Source: Nemertoderma westbladi (Eukaryota; Animalia; Xenacoelomorpha). Taken from it: a stretch of DNA of 64,000 nucleotides. The stretch is from positions 1 to 64,000 of the forward strand of contig JAUCBJ010000022.1 of the NCBI GenBank assembly GCA_032718475.1, read 5' to 3'. Positions within the stretch are counted from its first letter, which is position 1. Every line of letters begins with the position of its first letter. Of the stretch, positions 1-15,000 are shown in pieces. Both the position numbers and the translations under genes were made by a program. The notes below the pieces were generated by a model. The model was not told where the DNA came from. It ran no database searches and worked only from the letters and a program-made list of their open reading frames with translations.

Positions 1-3000
1 ATCTGTTTGCCCTTACACGCACTTTTCCGTATCTGTTTGCCCTTACCCGCACTCACCTGTGATTGTGAATCTGTTTGCCCTTACCCGCACTCACCTGTGA
101 TTGTGTATCTGTTTGCCCTTACCCGCACTCACCTGTGATTGTGTATCTGTTTGCTCTTACACGCACTTTTCCGTATCTGTTTGCTCTTACCCGCACTCAC
201 CTGTGATTGTGTATCTGTTTGCTCTTACCCGCACTCACCTGTGATTCCGTATCTGTTTGCTCTTACCCGCACTCACCTGTGATTGTGTATCTGTTTGCTC
301 TTACACGCACTTTTCCGTATCTGTTTGCTCTTACCCGCACTCACCTGTGATTGTGTATCTGTTTGCTCTTACACGCACTTTTCCGTATCTGTTTGCCCTT
401 ACCCGCACTCACCTGTGATTGTGAATCTGTTTGCCCTTACACGCACTTTTCCGTATCTGTTTGCTCTTACCCGCACTCACCTGTGATTGTGTATCTGTTT
501 GCTCTTACACGCACTTTTCCGTATCTGTTTGCTCTTACCCGCACTCACCTGTGATTGTGTATCTGTTTGCTCTTACACGCACTTTTCCGTATCTGTTTGC
601 TCTTACCCGCACTCACCTGTGATTGTGTATCTGTTTGCTCTTACACGCACTTTTCCGTATCTGTTTGCTCTTACCCGCACTCACCTGTGATTGTGTATCT
701 GTTTGCCCTTACCCGCACTCACCTGTGATTGTGAATCTGTTTGCCCTTACACGCACTTTTCCGTATCTGTTTGCCCTTACCCGCACTCACCTGTGATTGT
801 GAATCTGTTTGCTCTTACACGCACTTTTCCGTATCTGTTTGCTCTTACCCGCACTCACCTGTGATTGTGTATCTGTTTGCTCTTACCCGCACTCACCTGT
901 GATTGTGTATCTGTTTGCTCTTACCCGCACTCACCTGTGATTGTGTATCTGTTTGCTCTTACACGCACTTTTCCGTATCTGTTTGCTCTTACCCGCACTC
1001 ACCTGTGATTGTGTATCTGTTTGCCCTTACACGCACTTTTCCGTATCTGTTTGCTCTTACCCGCACTCACCTGTGATTGTGTATCTGTTTGCTCTTACCC
1101 GCACTCACCTGTGATTGTGTATCTGTTTGCTCTTACCCGCACTCACCTGTGATTGTGTATCTGTTTGCTCTTACACGCACTTTTCCGTATCTGTTTGCTC
1201 TTACCCGCACTCACCTGTGATTGTGAATCTGTTTGCCCTTACACGCACTTTTCCGTATCTGTTTGCTCTTACCCGCACTCACCTGTGATTGTGTATCTGT
1301 TTGCTCTTACCCGCACTCACCTGTGATTGTGTATCTGTTTGCCCTTACCCGCACTCACCTGTGATTGTGTATCTGTTTGCCCTTACACGCACTTTTCCGT
1401 ATCTGTTTGCCCTTACACGCACTTTTCCGTATCTGTTTGCTCTTACCCGCACTCACCTGTGATTGTGTATCTGTTTGCCCTTACCCGCACTCACCTGTGA
1501 TTGCGTATCTGTTTGCCCTTACCCGCACTCACCTGTGATTGTGAATCTGTTTGCCCTTACACGCACTTTTCCGTATCTGTTTGCTCTTACCCGCACTCAC
1601 CTGTGATTGTGTATCTGTTTGCTCTTACACGCACTTTTCCGTATCTGTTTGCCCTTACACGCACTTTTCCGTATCTGTTTGCTCTTACCCGCACTCACCT
1701 GTGATTGTGTATCTGTTTGCTCTTACACGCACTTTTCCGTATCTGTTTGCTCTTACCCGCACTCACCTGTGATTGTGTATCTGTTTGCTCTTACACGCAC
1801 TTTTCCGTATCTGTTTGCTCTTACCCGCACTCACCTGTGATTGTGTATCTGTTTGCTCTTACCCGCACTCACCTGTGATTGTGTATCTGTTTGCTCTTAC
1901 CCGCACTCACCTGTGATTGTGTATCTGTTTGCCCTTACACGCACTTTTCCGTATCTGTTTGCCCTTACACGCACTTTTCCGTATCTGTTTGCTCTTACCC
2001 GCACTCACCTGTGATTGCGTATCTGTTTGCCTTACCCGCACTCACCTGTGATTGGTATCTGTTTGCCTTACACGCACTCATCTGTGCTTGCGTATCTGTT
2101 TGCTCTTACCCGCACTCACCTGTGATTGTGTATCTGTTTGCTCTTACACGCACTTTTCCGTATCTGTTTGCCCTTACACGCACTTTTCCGTATCTGTTTG
2201 CTCTTACCCGCACTCACCTGTGATTGTGTATCTGTTTGCCCTTACACGCACTTTTCCGTATCTGTTTGCTCTTACCCGCACTCACCTGTGATTGTGTATC
2301 TGTTTGCTCTTACACGCACTTTTCCGTATCTGTTTGCTCTTACCCGCACTCACCTGTGATTGTGTATCTGTTTGCTCTTACCCGCACTCACCTGTGATTG
2401 TGTATCTGTTTGCTCTTACACGCACTTTTCCGTATCTGTTTGCTCTTACCCGCACTCACCTGTGATTGTGTATCTGTTTGCTCTTACCCGCACTCACCTG
2501 TGATTGTGTATCTGTTTGCTCTTACACGCACTTTTCCGTATCTGTTTGCCCTTACACGCACTTTTCCGTATCTGTTTGCTCTTACCCGCACTCACCTGTG
2601 ATTGTGTATCTGTTTGCTCTTACACGCACTTTTCCGTATCTGTTTGCTCTTACCCGCACTCACCTGTGATTGTGTATCTGTTTGCTCTTACACGCACTTT
2701 TCCGTATCTGTTTGCCCTTACACGCACTTTTCCGTATCTGTTTGCTCTTACCCGCACTCACCTGTGATTGTGTATCTGTTTGCTCTTACACGCACTTTTC
2801 CGTATCTGTTTGCCCTTACACGCACTTTTCCGTATCTGTTTGCTCTTACCCGCACTCACCTGTGATTGTGTATCTGTTTGCTCTTACACGCACTTTTCCG
2901 TATCTGTTTGCTCTTACCCGCACTCACCTGTGATTGTGTATCTGTTTGCCCTTACACGCACTTTTCCGTATCTGTTTGCTCTTACCCGCACTCACCTGTG

Positions 3001-6000
3001 ATTGTGTATCTGTTTGCTCTTACACGCACTTTTCCGTATCTGTTTGCCCTTACACGCACTTTTCCGTATCTGTTTGCTCTTACCCGCACTCACCTGTGAT
3101 TGTGTATCTGTTTGCTCTTACACGCACTTTTCCGTATCTGTTTGCTCTTACCCGCACTCACCTGTGATTGTGTATCTGTTTGCTCTTACACGCACTTTTC
3201 CGTATCTGTTTGCCCTTACACGCACTTTTCCGTATCTGTTTGCTCTTACCCGCACTCACCTGTGATTGTGTATCTGTTTGCTCTTACACGCACTTTTCCG
3301 TATCTGTTTGCTCTTACCCGCACTCACCTGTGATTGTGTATCTGTTTGCTCTTACACGCACTTTTCCGTATCTGTTTGCTCTTACCCGCACTCACCTGTG
3401 ATTGTGTATCTGTTTGCCCTTACCCGCACTCACCTGTGATTGTGTATCTGTTTGCCCTTACCCGCACTCACCTGTGATTGTGAATCTGTTTGCTCTTACA
3501 CGCACTTTTCCGTATCTGTTTGCTCTTACCCGCACTCACCTGTGATTGTGTATCTGTTTGCTCTTACACGCACTTTTCCGTATCTGTTTGCTCTTACCCG
3601 CACTCACCTGTGATTGTGTATCTGTTTGCCCTTACCCGCACTCACCTGTGATTGTGTATCTGTTTGCCCTTACCCGCACTCACCTGTGATTGTGAATCTG
3701 TTTGCTCTTACACGCACTTTTCCGTATCTGTTTGCTCTTACCCGCACTCACCTGTGATTGTGTATCTGTTTGCTCTTACACGCACTTTTCCGTATCTGTT
3801 TGCTCTTACCCGCACTCACCTGTGATTGTGTATCTGTTTGCCCTTACCCGCACTCACCTGTGATTGTGTATCTGTTTGCTCTTACACGCACTTTTCCGTA
3901 TCTGTTTGCCCTTACCCGCACTCACCTGTGATTGTGTATCTGTTTGCTCTTACACGCACTTTTCCGTATCTGTTTGCTCTTACCCGCACTCACCTGTGAT
4001 TGTGTATCTGTTTGCTCTTACCCGCACTCACCTGTGATTGCGTATCTGTTTGCTCTTACCCGCACTCACCTGTGATTGTGTATCTGTTTGCTCTTACCCG
4101 CACTCACCTGTGATTGTGAATCTGTTTGCCCTTACACGCACTTTTCCGTATCTGTTTGCTCTTACCCGCACTCACCTGTGATTGTGTATCTGTTTGCCCT
4201 TACACGCACTCACCTGTGATTGTGTATCTGTTTGCCCTTACCCGCACTCACCTGTGATTGTGAATCTGTTTGCTCTTACCCGCACTCACCTGTGATTGTG
4301 AATCTGTTTGCCCTTACCCGCACTCACATGTGATTGTGTATCTGTTTGCCCTTACCCGCACTCACCTGTGATTGTGAATCTGTTTGCTCTTACACGCACT
4401 TTTCCGTATCTGTTTGCTCTTACCCGCACTCACCTGTGATTGCGTATCTGTTTGCCCTTACCCGCACTCACCTGTGATTGTGAATCTGTTTGCTCTTACC
4501 CGCACTCACCTGTGATTGTGAATCTGTTTGCCCTTACCCGCACTCACATGTGATTGTGTATCTGTTTGCTCTTACCCGCACTCACCTGTGATTGTGAATC
4601 TGTTTGCTCTTACACGCACTTTTCCGTATCTGTTTGCTCTTACCCGCACTCACCTGTGATTGTGTATCTGTTTGCCCTTACACGCACTCACCTGTGATTG
4701 TGTATCTGTTTGCCCTTACCCGCACTCACCTGTGATTGTGAATCTGTTTGCTCTTACCCGCACTCACCTGTGATTGTGAATCTGTTTGCCCTTACCCGCA
4801 CTCACATGTGATTGTGTATCTGTTTGCTCTTACCCGCACTCACCTGTGATTGTGAATCTGTTTGCTCTTACACGCACTTTTCCGTATCTGTTTGCTCTTA
4901 CCCGCACTCACCTGTGATTGTGTATCTGTTTGCCCTTACACGCACTCACCTGTGATTGTGTATCTGTTTGCCCTTACCCGCACTCACCTGTGATTGTGAA
5001 TCTGTTTGCTCTTACCCGCACTCACCTGTGATTGTGAATCTGTTTGCCCTTACCCGCACTCACATGTGATTGTGTATCTGTTTGCTCTTACCCGCACTCA
5101 CCTGTGATTGTGAATCTGTTTGCTCTTACACGCACTTTTCCGTATCTGTTTGCTCTTACCCGCACTCACCTGTGATTGCGTATCTGTTTGCTCTTACCCG
5201 CACTCACCTGTGATTGTGTATCTGTTTGCTCTTACCCGCACTCACCTGTGATTGTGAATCTGTTTGCCCTTACCCGCACTCACCTGTGATTGTGAATCTG
5301 TTTGCCCTTACACGCACTCACCTGTGATTGTGTATCTGTTTGCTCTTACCCGCACTCACCTGTGATTGTGTATCTGTTTGCTCTTACACGCACTTTTCCG
5401 TATCTGTTTGCTCTTACCCGCACTCACCTGTGATTGTGAATCTGTTTGCCCTTACCCGCACTCACATGTGATTGTGTATCTGTTTGCTCTTACACGCACT
5501 TTTCCGTATCTGTTTGCTCTTACCCGCACTCACCTGTGATTGTGAATCTGTTTGCCCTTACCCGCACTCACCTGTGATTGCGTATCTGTTTGCTCTTACC
5601 CGCACTCACCTGTGATTGTGTATCTGTTTGCTCTTACCCGCACTCACCTGTGATTGTGTATCTGTTTGCTCTTACCCGCACTCACCTGTGATTGTGAATC
5701 TGTTTGCCCTTACCCGCACTCACCTGTGATTGTGTATCTGTTTGCTCTTACCCGCACTCACCTGTGATTGTGAATCTGTTTGCCCTTACCCGCACTCACC
5801 TGTGATTGTGAATCTGTTTGCCCTTACCCGCACTCACCTGTGATTGTGAATCTGTTTGCCCTTACCCGCACTCACCTGTGATTGTGAATCTGTTTGCCCT
5901 TACACGCACTTTTCCGTATCTGTTTGCTCTTACCCGCACTCACCTGTGATTGTGTATCTGTTTGCCCTTACACGCACTCACCTGTGATTGTGTATCTGTT

Positions 6001-9000
6001 TGCCCTTACCCGCACTCACCTGTGATTGTGAATCTGTTTGCTCTTACCCGCACTCACCTGTGATTGTGAATCTGTTTGCCCTTACCCGCACTCACCTGTG
6101 ATTGTGTATCTGTTTGCCCTTACCCGCACTCACATGTGATTGTGTATCTGTTTGCTCTTACACGCACTTTTCCGTATCTGTTTGCTCTTACCCGCACTCA
6201 CCTGTGATTGTGTATCTGTTTGCTCTTACCCGCACTCACATGTGATTGTGTATCTGTTTGCTCTTACACGCACTTTTCCGTATCTGTTTGCTCTTACCCG
6301 CACTCACCTGTGATTGTGTATCTGTTTGCTCTTACACGCACTTTTCCGTATCTGTTTGCTCTTACCCGCACTCACCTGTGATTGTGTATCTGTTTGCTCT
6401 TACACGCACTTTTCCGTATCTGTTTGCTCTTACCCGCACTCACCTGTGATTGCGTATCTGTTTGCTCTTACCCGCACTCACCTGTGATTGTGTATCTGTT
6501 TGCTCTTACCCGCACTCACATGTGATTGTGTATCTGTTTGCTCTTACACGCACTTTTCCGTATCTGTTTGCTCTTACCCGCACTCACCTGTGATTGTGTA
6601 TCTGTTTGCTCTTACACGCACTTTTCCGTATCTGTTTGCCCTTACACGCACTCACCTGTGATTGCGTATCTGTTTGCCCTTACACGCACTTTTCCGTATC
6701 TGTTTGCTCTTACCCGCACTCACCTGTGATTGTGTATCTGTTTGCCCTTACACGCACTCACCTGTGATTGTGTATCTGTTTGCCCTTACCCGCACTCACC
6801 TGTGATTGTGAATCTGTTTGCTCTTACCCGCACTCACCTGTGATTGTGAATCTGTTTGCCCTTACCCGCACTCACATGTGATTGTGTATCTGTTTGCCCT
6901 TACACGCACTTTTCCGTATCTGTTTGCTCTTACCCGCACTCACCTGTGATTGTGTATCTGTTTGCCCTTACACGCACTCACCTGTGATTGTGTATCTGTT
7001 TGCCCTTACCCGCACTCACCTGTGATTGTGAATCTGTTTGCTCTTACCCGCACTCACCTGTGATTGTGAATCTGTTTGCTCTTACCCGCACTCACCTGTG
7101 ATTGTGTATCTGTTTGCTCTTACACGCACTTTTCCGTATCTGTTTGCTCTTACCCGCACTCACCTGTGATTGCGTATCTGTTTGCTCTTACCCGCACTCA
7201 CCTGTGATTGTGTATCTGTTTGCTCTTACCCGCACTCACCTGTGATTGTGAATCTGTTTGCCCTTACACGCACTTTTCCGTATCTGTTTGCTCTTACCCG
7301 CACTCACCTGTGATTGTGTATCTGTTTGCCCTTACACGCACTCACCTGTGATTGTGTATCTGTTTGCCCTTACCCGCACTCACCTGTGATTGTGAATCTG
7401 TTTGCTCTTACCCGCACTCACCTGTGATTGTGAATCTGTTTGCCCTTACCCGCACTCACCTGTGATTGTGTATCTGTTTGCCCTTACCCGCACTCACATG
7501 TGATTGTGTATCTGTTTGCTCTTACACGCACTTTTCCGTATCTCTTTGCCCTTACCCGCACTCACCTGTGATTGCGTATCTGTTTGCTCTTACCCGCACT
7601 CACCTGTGATTGTGTATCTGTTTGCCCTTACCCGCACTCACCTGTGATTGTGTATCTGTTTGCTCTTACCCGCACTCACCTGTGATTGTGTATCTGTTTG
7701 CTCTTACACGCACTTTTCCGTATCTGTTTGCCCTTACCCGCACTCACCTGTGATTGTGTATCTGTTTGCTCTTACCCGCACTCACCTGTGATTGTGTATC
7801 TGTTTGCTCTTACACGCACTTTTCCGTATCTGTTTGCTCTTACCCGCACTCACCTGTGATTGCGTATCTGTTTGCCCTTACCCGCACTCACCTGTGATTG
7901 CGTATCTGTTTGCCCTTACCCGCACTCACCTGTGATTGCGTATCTGTTTGCCCTTACCCGCACTCACCTGTGATTGCGTATCTGTTTGCCCTTACCCGCA
8001 CTCACCTGTGATTGCGTATCTGTTTGCCCTTACCCGCACTCACCTGTGATTGTGTATCTGTTTGCTCTTACACGCACTTTTCCGTATCTGTTTGCTCTTA
8101 CCCGCACTCACCTGTGATTGTGTATCTGTTTGCTCTTACCCGCACTCACCTGTGATTGTGTATCTGTTTGCTCTTACACGCACTTTTCCGTATCTGTTTG
8201 CCCTTACACGCACTCACCTGTGATTGTGTATCTGTTTGCCCTTACCCGCACTCACCTGTGATTGTGAATCTGTTTGCTCTTACCCGCACTCACCTGTGAT
8301 TGTGTATCTGTTTGCCCTTACCCGCACTCACCTGTGATTGCGTATCTGTTTGCTCTTACACGCACTTTTCCGTATCTGTTTGCTCTTACCCGCACTCACC
8401 TGTGATTGTGTATCTGTTTGCCCTTACCCGCACTCACCTGTGATTGCGTATCTGTTTGCTCTTACACGCACTTTTCCGTATCTGTTTGCTCTTACCCGCA
8501 CTCACCTGTGATTGTGTATCTGTTTGCTCTTACCCGCACTCACCTGTGATTGTGTATCTGTTTGCTCTTACACGCACTTTTCCGTATCTGTTTGCTCTTA
8601 CCCGCACTCACCTGTGATTGTCTATCTGTTTGCCCTTACCCGCACTCACCTGTGATTGCGTATCTGTTTGCCCTTACCCGCACTCACCTGTGATTGTGAA
8701 TCTGTTTGCCCTTACACGCACTTTTCCGTATCTGTTTGCCCTTACCCGCACTCACCTGTGATTGTGTATCTGTTTGCTCTTACCCGCACTCACCTGTGAT
8801 TGTGTATCTGTTTGCTCTTACCCGCACTCACCTGTGATTGTGTATCTGTTTGCTCTTACCCGCACTCACCTGTGATTGTGTATCTGTTTGCTCTTACCCG
8901 CACTCACCTGTGATTGTGTATCTGTTTGCTCTTACCCGCACTCACCTGTGATTGTGTATCTGTTTGCTCTTACCCGCACTCACCTGTGATTGTGTATCTG

Positions 9001-12000
9001 TTTGCTCTTACCCGCACTCACCTGTGATTGTGTATCTGTTTGCTCTTACACGCACTTTTCCGTATCTGTTTGCTCTTACCCGCACTCACCTGTGATTGTC
9101 TATCTGTTTGCCCTTACCCGCACTCACCTGTGATTGCGTATCTGTTTGCCCTTACCCGCACTCACCTGTGATTGCGTATCTGTTTGCCCTTACCCGCACT
9201 CACCTGTGATTGTGAATCTGTTTGCCCTTACACGCACTTTTCCGTATCTGTTTGCCCTTACCCGCACTCACCTGTGATTGTGTATCTGTTTGCCCTTACC
9301 CGCACTCACCTGTGATTGTGAATCTGTTTGCCCTTACACGCACTTTTCCGTATCTGTTTGCCCTTACCCGCACTCACCTGTGATTGTGTATCTGTTTGCT
9401 CTTACCCGCACTCACCTGTGATTGTCTATCTGTTTGCCCTTACCCGCACTCACCTGTGATTGCGTATCTGTTTGCCCTTACCCGCACTCACCTGTGATTG
9501 CGTATCTGTTTGCCCTTACCCGCACTCACCTGTGATTGTGAATCTGTTTGCCCTTACACGCACTTTTCCGTATCTGTTTGCCCTTACCCGCACTCACCTG
9601 TGATTGTGTATCTGTTTGCTCTTACCCGCACTCACCTGTGATTGTGTATCTGTTTGCTCTTACCCGCACTCACCTGTGATTGTGTATCTGTTTGCTCTTA
9701 CCCGCACTCACCTGTGATTGTGTATCTGTTTGCTCTTACCCGCACTCACCTGTGATTGTGTATCTGTTTGCTCTTACCCGCACTCACCTGTGATTGTGTA
9801 TCTGTTTGCTCTTACCCGCACTCACCTGTGATTGTGTATCTGTTTGCTCTTACCCGCACTCACCTGTGATTGTGTATCTGTTTGCTCTTACACGCACTTT
9901 TCCGTATCTGTTTGCTCTTACCCGCACTCACCTGTGATTGTCTATCTGTTTGCCCTTACCCGCACTCACCTGTGATTGCGTATCTGTTTGCCCTTACCCG
10001 CACTCACCTGTGATTGTGAATCTGTTTGCCCTTACACGCACTTTTCCGTATCTGTTTGCCCTTACCCGCACTCACCTGTGATTGTGTATCTGTTTGCTCT
10101 TACCCGCACTCACCTGTGATTGTGTATCTGTTTGCTCTTACCCGCACTCACCTGTGATTGTGTATCTGTTTGCTCTTACCCGCACTCACCTGTGATTGTG
10201 TATCTGTTTGCTCTTACCCGCACTCACCTGTGATTGTGTATCTGTTTGCTCTTACCCGCACTCACCTGTGATTGTGTATCTGTTTGCTCTTACCCGCACT
10301 CACCTGTGATTGTGTATCTGTTTGCTCTTACACGCACTTTTCCGTATCTGTTTGCTCTTACCCGCACTCACCTGTGATTGTCTATCTGTTTGCCCTTACC
10401 CGCACTCACCTGTGATTGCGTATCTGTTTGCCCTTACCCGCACTCACCTGTGATTGTGAATCTGTTTGCCCTTACACGCACTTTTCCGTATCTGTTTGCC
10501 CTTACCCGCACTCACCTGTGATTGTGTATCTGTTTGCTCTTACACGCACTTTTCCGTATCTGTTTGCCCTTACCCGCACTCACCTGTGATTGTGTATCTG
10601 TTTGCTCTTACCCGCACTCACCTGTGATTGTGTATCTGTTTGCTCTTACCCGCACTCACCTGTGATTGTGAATCTGTTTGCTCTTACCCGCACTCACCTG
10701 TGATTGTGTATCTGTTTGCTCTTACCCGCACTCACCTGTGATTGTGTATCTGTTTGCTCTTACACGCACTTTTCCGTATCTGTTTGCCCTTACCCGCACT
10801 CACCTGTGATTGTGTATCTGTTTGCTCTTACCCGCACTCACCTGTGATTGTGTATCTGTTTGCTCTTACCCGCACTCACCTGTGATTGTGTATCTGTTTG
10901 CTCTTACACGCACTTTTCCGTATCTGTTTGCTCTTACCCGCACTCACCTGTGATTGTGTATCTGTTTGCTCTTACCCGCACTCACCTGTGATTGTGTATC
11001 TGTTTGCTCTTACACGCACTCACCTGTGATTGTGTATCTGTTTGCCCTTACCCGCACTCACCTGTGATTGCGTATCTGTTTGCTCTTACCCGCACTCACC
11101 TGTGATTGTGTATCTGTTTGCTCTTACACGCACTTTTCCGTATCTGTTTGCCCTTACACGCACTCACCTGTGATTGTGTATCTGTTTGCCCTTACCCGCA
11201 CTCACCTGTGATTGTGAATCTGTTTGCTCTTACCCGCACTCACCTGTGATTGTGTATCTGTTTGCCCTTACCCGCACTCACCTGTGATTGCGTATCTGTT
11301 TGCTCTTACACGCACTTTTCCGTATCTGTTTGCTCTTACCCGCACTCACCTGTGATTGTGTATCTGTTTGCTCTTACCCGCACTCACCTGTGATTGTGTA
11401 TCTGTTTGCTCTTACCCGCACTCACCTGTGATTGTGTATCTGTTTGCCCTTACCCGCACTCACCTGTGATTGTGAATCTGTTTGCTCTTACCCGCACTCA
11501 CCTGTGATTGTGTATCTGTTTGCCCTTACCCGCACTCACCTGTGATTGTGAATCTGTTTGCTCTTACCCGCACTCACCTGTGATTGTGTATCTGTTTGCC
11601 CTTACCCGCACTCACCTGTGATTGCGTATCTGTTTGCTCTTACACGCACTTTTCCGTATCTGTTTGCTCTTACCCGCACTCACCTGTGATTGTGTATCTG
11701 TTTGCTCTTACCCGCACTCACCTGTGATTGTGTATCTGTTTGCTCTTACCCGCACTCACCTGTGATTGCGTATCTGTTTGCCCTTACCCGCACTCACCTG
11801 TGATTGTGAATCTGTTTGCCCTTACACGCACTTTTCCGTATCTGTTTGCTCTTACCCGCACTCACCTGTGATTGTGTATCTGTTTGCTCTTACCCGCACT
11901 CACCTGTGATTGTGTATCTGTTTGCTCTTACCCGCACTCACCTGTGATTGTGTATCTGTTTGCCCTTACCCGCACTCACCTGTGATTGTGTATCTGTTTG

Positions 12001-15000
12001 CTCTTACCCGCACTCACCTGTGATTGTGTATCTGTTTGCCCTTACCCGCACTCACCTGTGATTGTGAATCTGTTTGCCCTTACCCGCACTCACCTGTGAT
12101 TGTGAATCTGTTTGCCCTTACACGCACTTTTCCGTATCTGTTTGCCCTTACCCGCACTCACCTGTGATTGTGAATCTGTTTGCTCTTACCCGCACTCACC
12201 TGTGATTGTGTATCTGTTTGCTCTTACCCGCACTCACCTGTGATTGTGTATCTGTTTGCTCTTACACGCACTTTTCCGTATCTGTTTGCCCTTACACGCA
12301 CTCACCTGTGATTGCGTATCTGTTTGCTCTTACACGCACTTTTCCGTATCTGTTTGCTCTTACCCGCACTCACCTGTGATTGTGTATCTGTTTGCTCTTA
12401 CCCGCACTCACCTGTGATTGTGTATCTGTTTGCTCTTACCCGCACTCACCTGTGATTGTGAATCTGTTTGCCCTTACACGCACTTTTCCGTATCTGTTTG
12501 CCCTTACACGCACTCACCTGTGATTGCGTATCTGTTTGCTCTTACACGCACTTTTCCGTATCTGTTTGCCCTTACCCGCACTCACCTGTGATTGCGTATC
12601 TGTTTGCTCTTACACGCACTTTTCCGTATCTGTTTGCTCTTACCCGCACTCACCTGTGATTGTGTATCTGTTTGCTCTTACCCGCACTCACCTGTGATTG
12701 TGTATCTGTTTGCCCTTACCCGCACTCACCTGTGATTGCGTATCTGTTTGCCCTTACCCGCACTCACCTGTGATTGTGTATCTGTTTGCTCTTACACGCA
12801 CTTTTCCGTATCTGTTTGCTCTTACCCGCACTCACCTGTGATTGCGTATCTGTTTGCCCTTACCCGCACTCACCTGTGATTGCGTATCTGTTTGCCCTTA
12901 CCCGCACTCACCTGTGATTGCGTATCTGTTTGCCCTTACACGCACTTTTCCGTATCTGTTTGCTCTTACCCGCACTCACCTGTGATTGTGTATCTGTTTG
13001 CTCTTACCCGCACTCACCTGTGATTGTGTATCTGTTTGCCCTTACCCGCACTCACCTGTGATTGCGTATCTGTTTGCCCTTACCCGCACTCACCTGTGAT
13101 TGCGTATCTGTTTGCCCTTACCCGCACTCACCTGTGATTGCGTATCTGTTTGCCCTTACCCGCACTCACCTGTGATTGCGTATCTGTTTGCCCTTACCCG
13201 CACTCACCTGTGATTGCGTATCTGTTTGCCCTTACACGCACTTTTCCGTATCTGTTTGCTCTTACCCGCACTCACCTGTGATTGCGTATCTGTTTGCCCT
13301 TACCCGCACTCACCTGTGATTGCGTATCTGTTTGCCCTTACACGCACTTTTCCGTATCTGTTTGCTCTTACCCGCACTCACATGTGATTGTGAATCTGTT
13401 TGCTCTTACCCGCACTCACCTGTGATTGTGTATCTGTTTGCCCTTACCCGCACTCACCTGTGATTGTGTATCTGTTTGCCCTTACCCGCACTCACCTGTG
13501 ATTGTGTATCTGTTTGCTCTTACCCGCACTCACCTGTGATTGTGAATCTGTTTGCCCTTACACGCACTTTTCCGTATCTGTTTGCTCTTACCCGCACTTT
13601 TCCGTATCTGTTTGCCCTTACACGCACTTTTCCGTATCTGTTTGCTCTTACCCGCACTCACCTGTGATTGCGTATCTGTTTGCCCTTACCCGCACTCACC
13701 TGTGATTGTGTATCTGTTTGCCCTTACACGCACTTTTCCGTATCTGTTTGCTCTTACCCGCACTTTTCCGTATCTGTTTGCCCTTACACGCACTTTTCCG
13801 TATCTGTTTGCTCTTACCCGCACTCACCTGTGATTGCGTATCTGTTTGCCCTTACCCGCACTCACCTGTGATTGCGTATCTGTTTGCCCTTACCCGCACT
13901 CACATGTGATTGTGAATCTGTTTGCTCTTACCCGCACTCACCTGTGATTGCGTATCTGTTTGCTCTTACCCGCACTCACCTGTGATTGCGTATCTGTTTG
14001 CCCTTACCCGCACTCACCTGTGATTGCGTATCTGTTTGCCCTTACCCGCACTCACATGTGATTGTGAATCTGTTTGCCCTTACACGCACTTTTCCGTATC
14101 TGTTTGCTCTTACCCGCACTCACCTGTGATTGTGTATCTGTTTGCTCTTACCCGCACTCACCTGTGATTGTGTATCTGTTTGCCCTTACCCGCACTCACC
14201 TGTGATTGCGTATCTGTTTGCCCTTACCCGCACTCACATGTGATTGTGAATCTGTTTGCCCTTACACGCACTTTTCCGTATCTGTTTGCTCTTACCCGCA
14301 CTCACATGTGATTGTGAATCTGTTTGCCCTTACACGCACTTTTCCGTATCTGTTTGCTCTTACCCGCACTCACCTGTGATTGCGTATCTGTTTGCTCTTA
14401 CCCGCACTCACCTGTGATTGCGTATCTGTTTGCCCTTACCCGCACTCACCTGTGATTGCGTATCTGTTTGCCCTTACCCGCACTCACATGTGATTGTGAA
14501 TCTGTTTGCCCTTACACGCACTTTTCCGTATCTGTTTGCTCTTACCCGCACTCACCTGTGATTGTGTATCTGTTTGCTCTTACCCGCACTCACCTGTGAT
14601 TGTGTATCTGTTTGCCCTTACCCGCACTCACCTGTGATTGCGTATCTGTTTGCCCTTACCCGCACTCACATGTGATTGTGAATCTGTTTGCCCTTACACG
14701 CACTTTTCCGTATCTGTTTGCTCTTACCCGCACTCACCTGTGATTGTGTATCTGTTTGCCCTTACCCGCACTCACCTGTGATTGTGTATCTGTTTGCTCT
14801 TACCCGCACTCACCTGTGATTGTGTATCTGTTTGCTCTTACACGCACTTTTCCGTATCTGTTTGCTCTTACCCGCACTCACCTGTGATTGTGAATCTGTT
14901 TGCCCTTACACGCACTTTTCCGTATCTGTTTGCCCTTACCCGCACTCACCTGTGATTGCGTATCTGTTTGCCCTTACCCGCACTCACCTGTGATTGCGTA

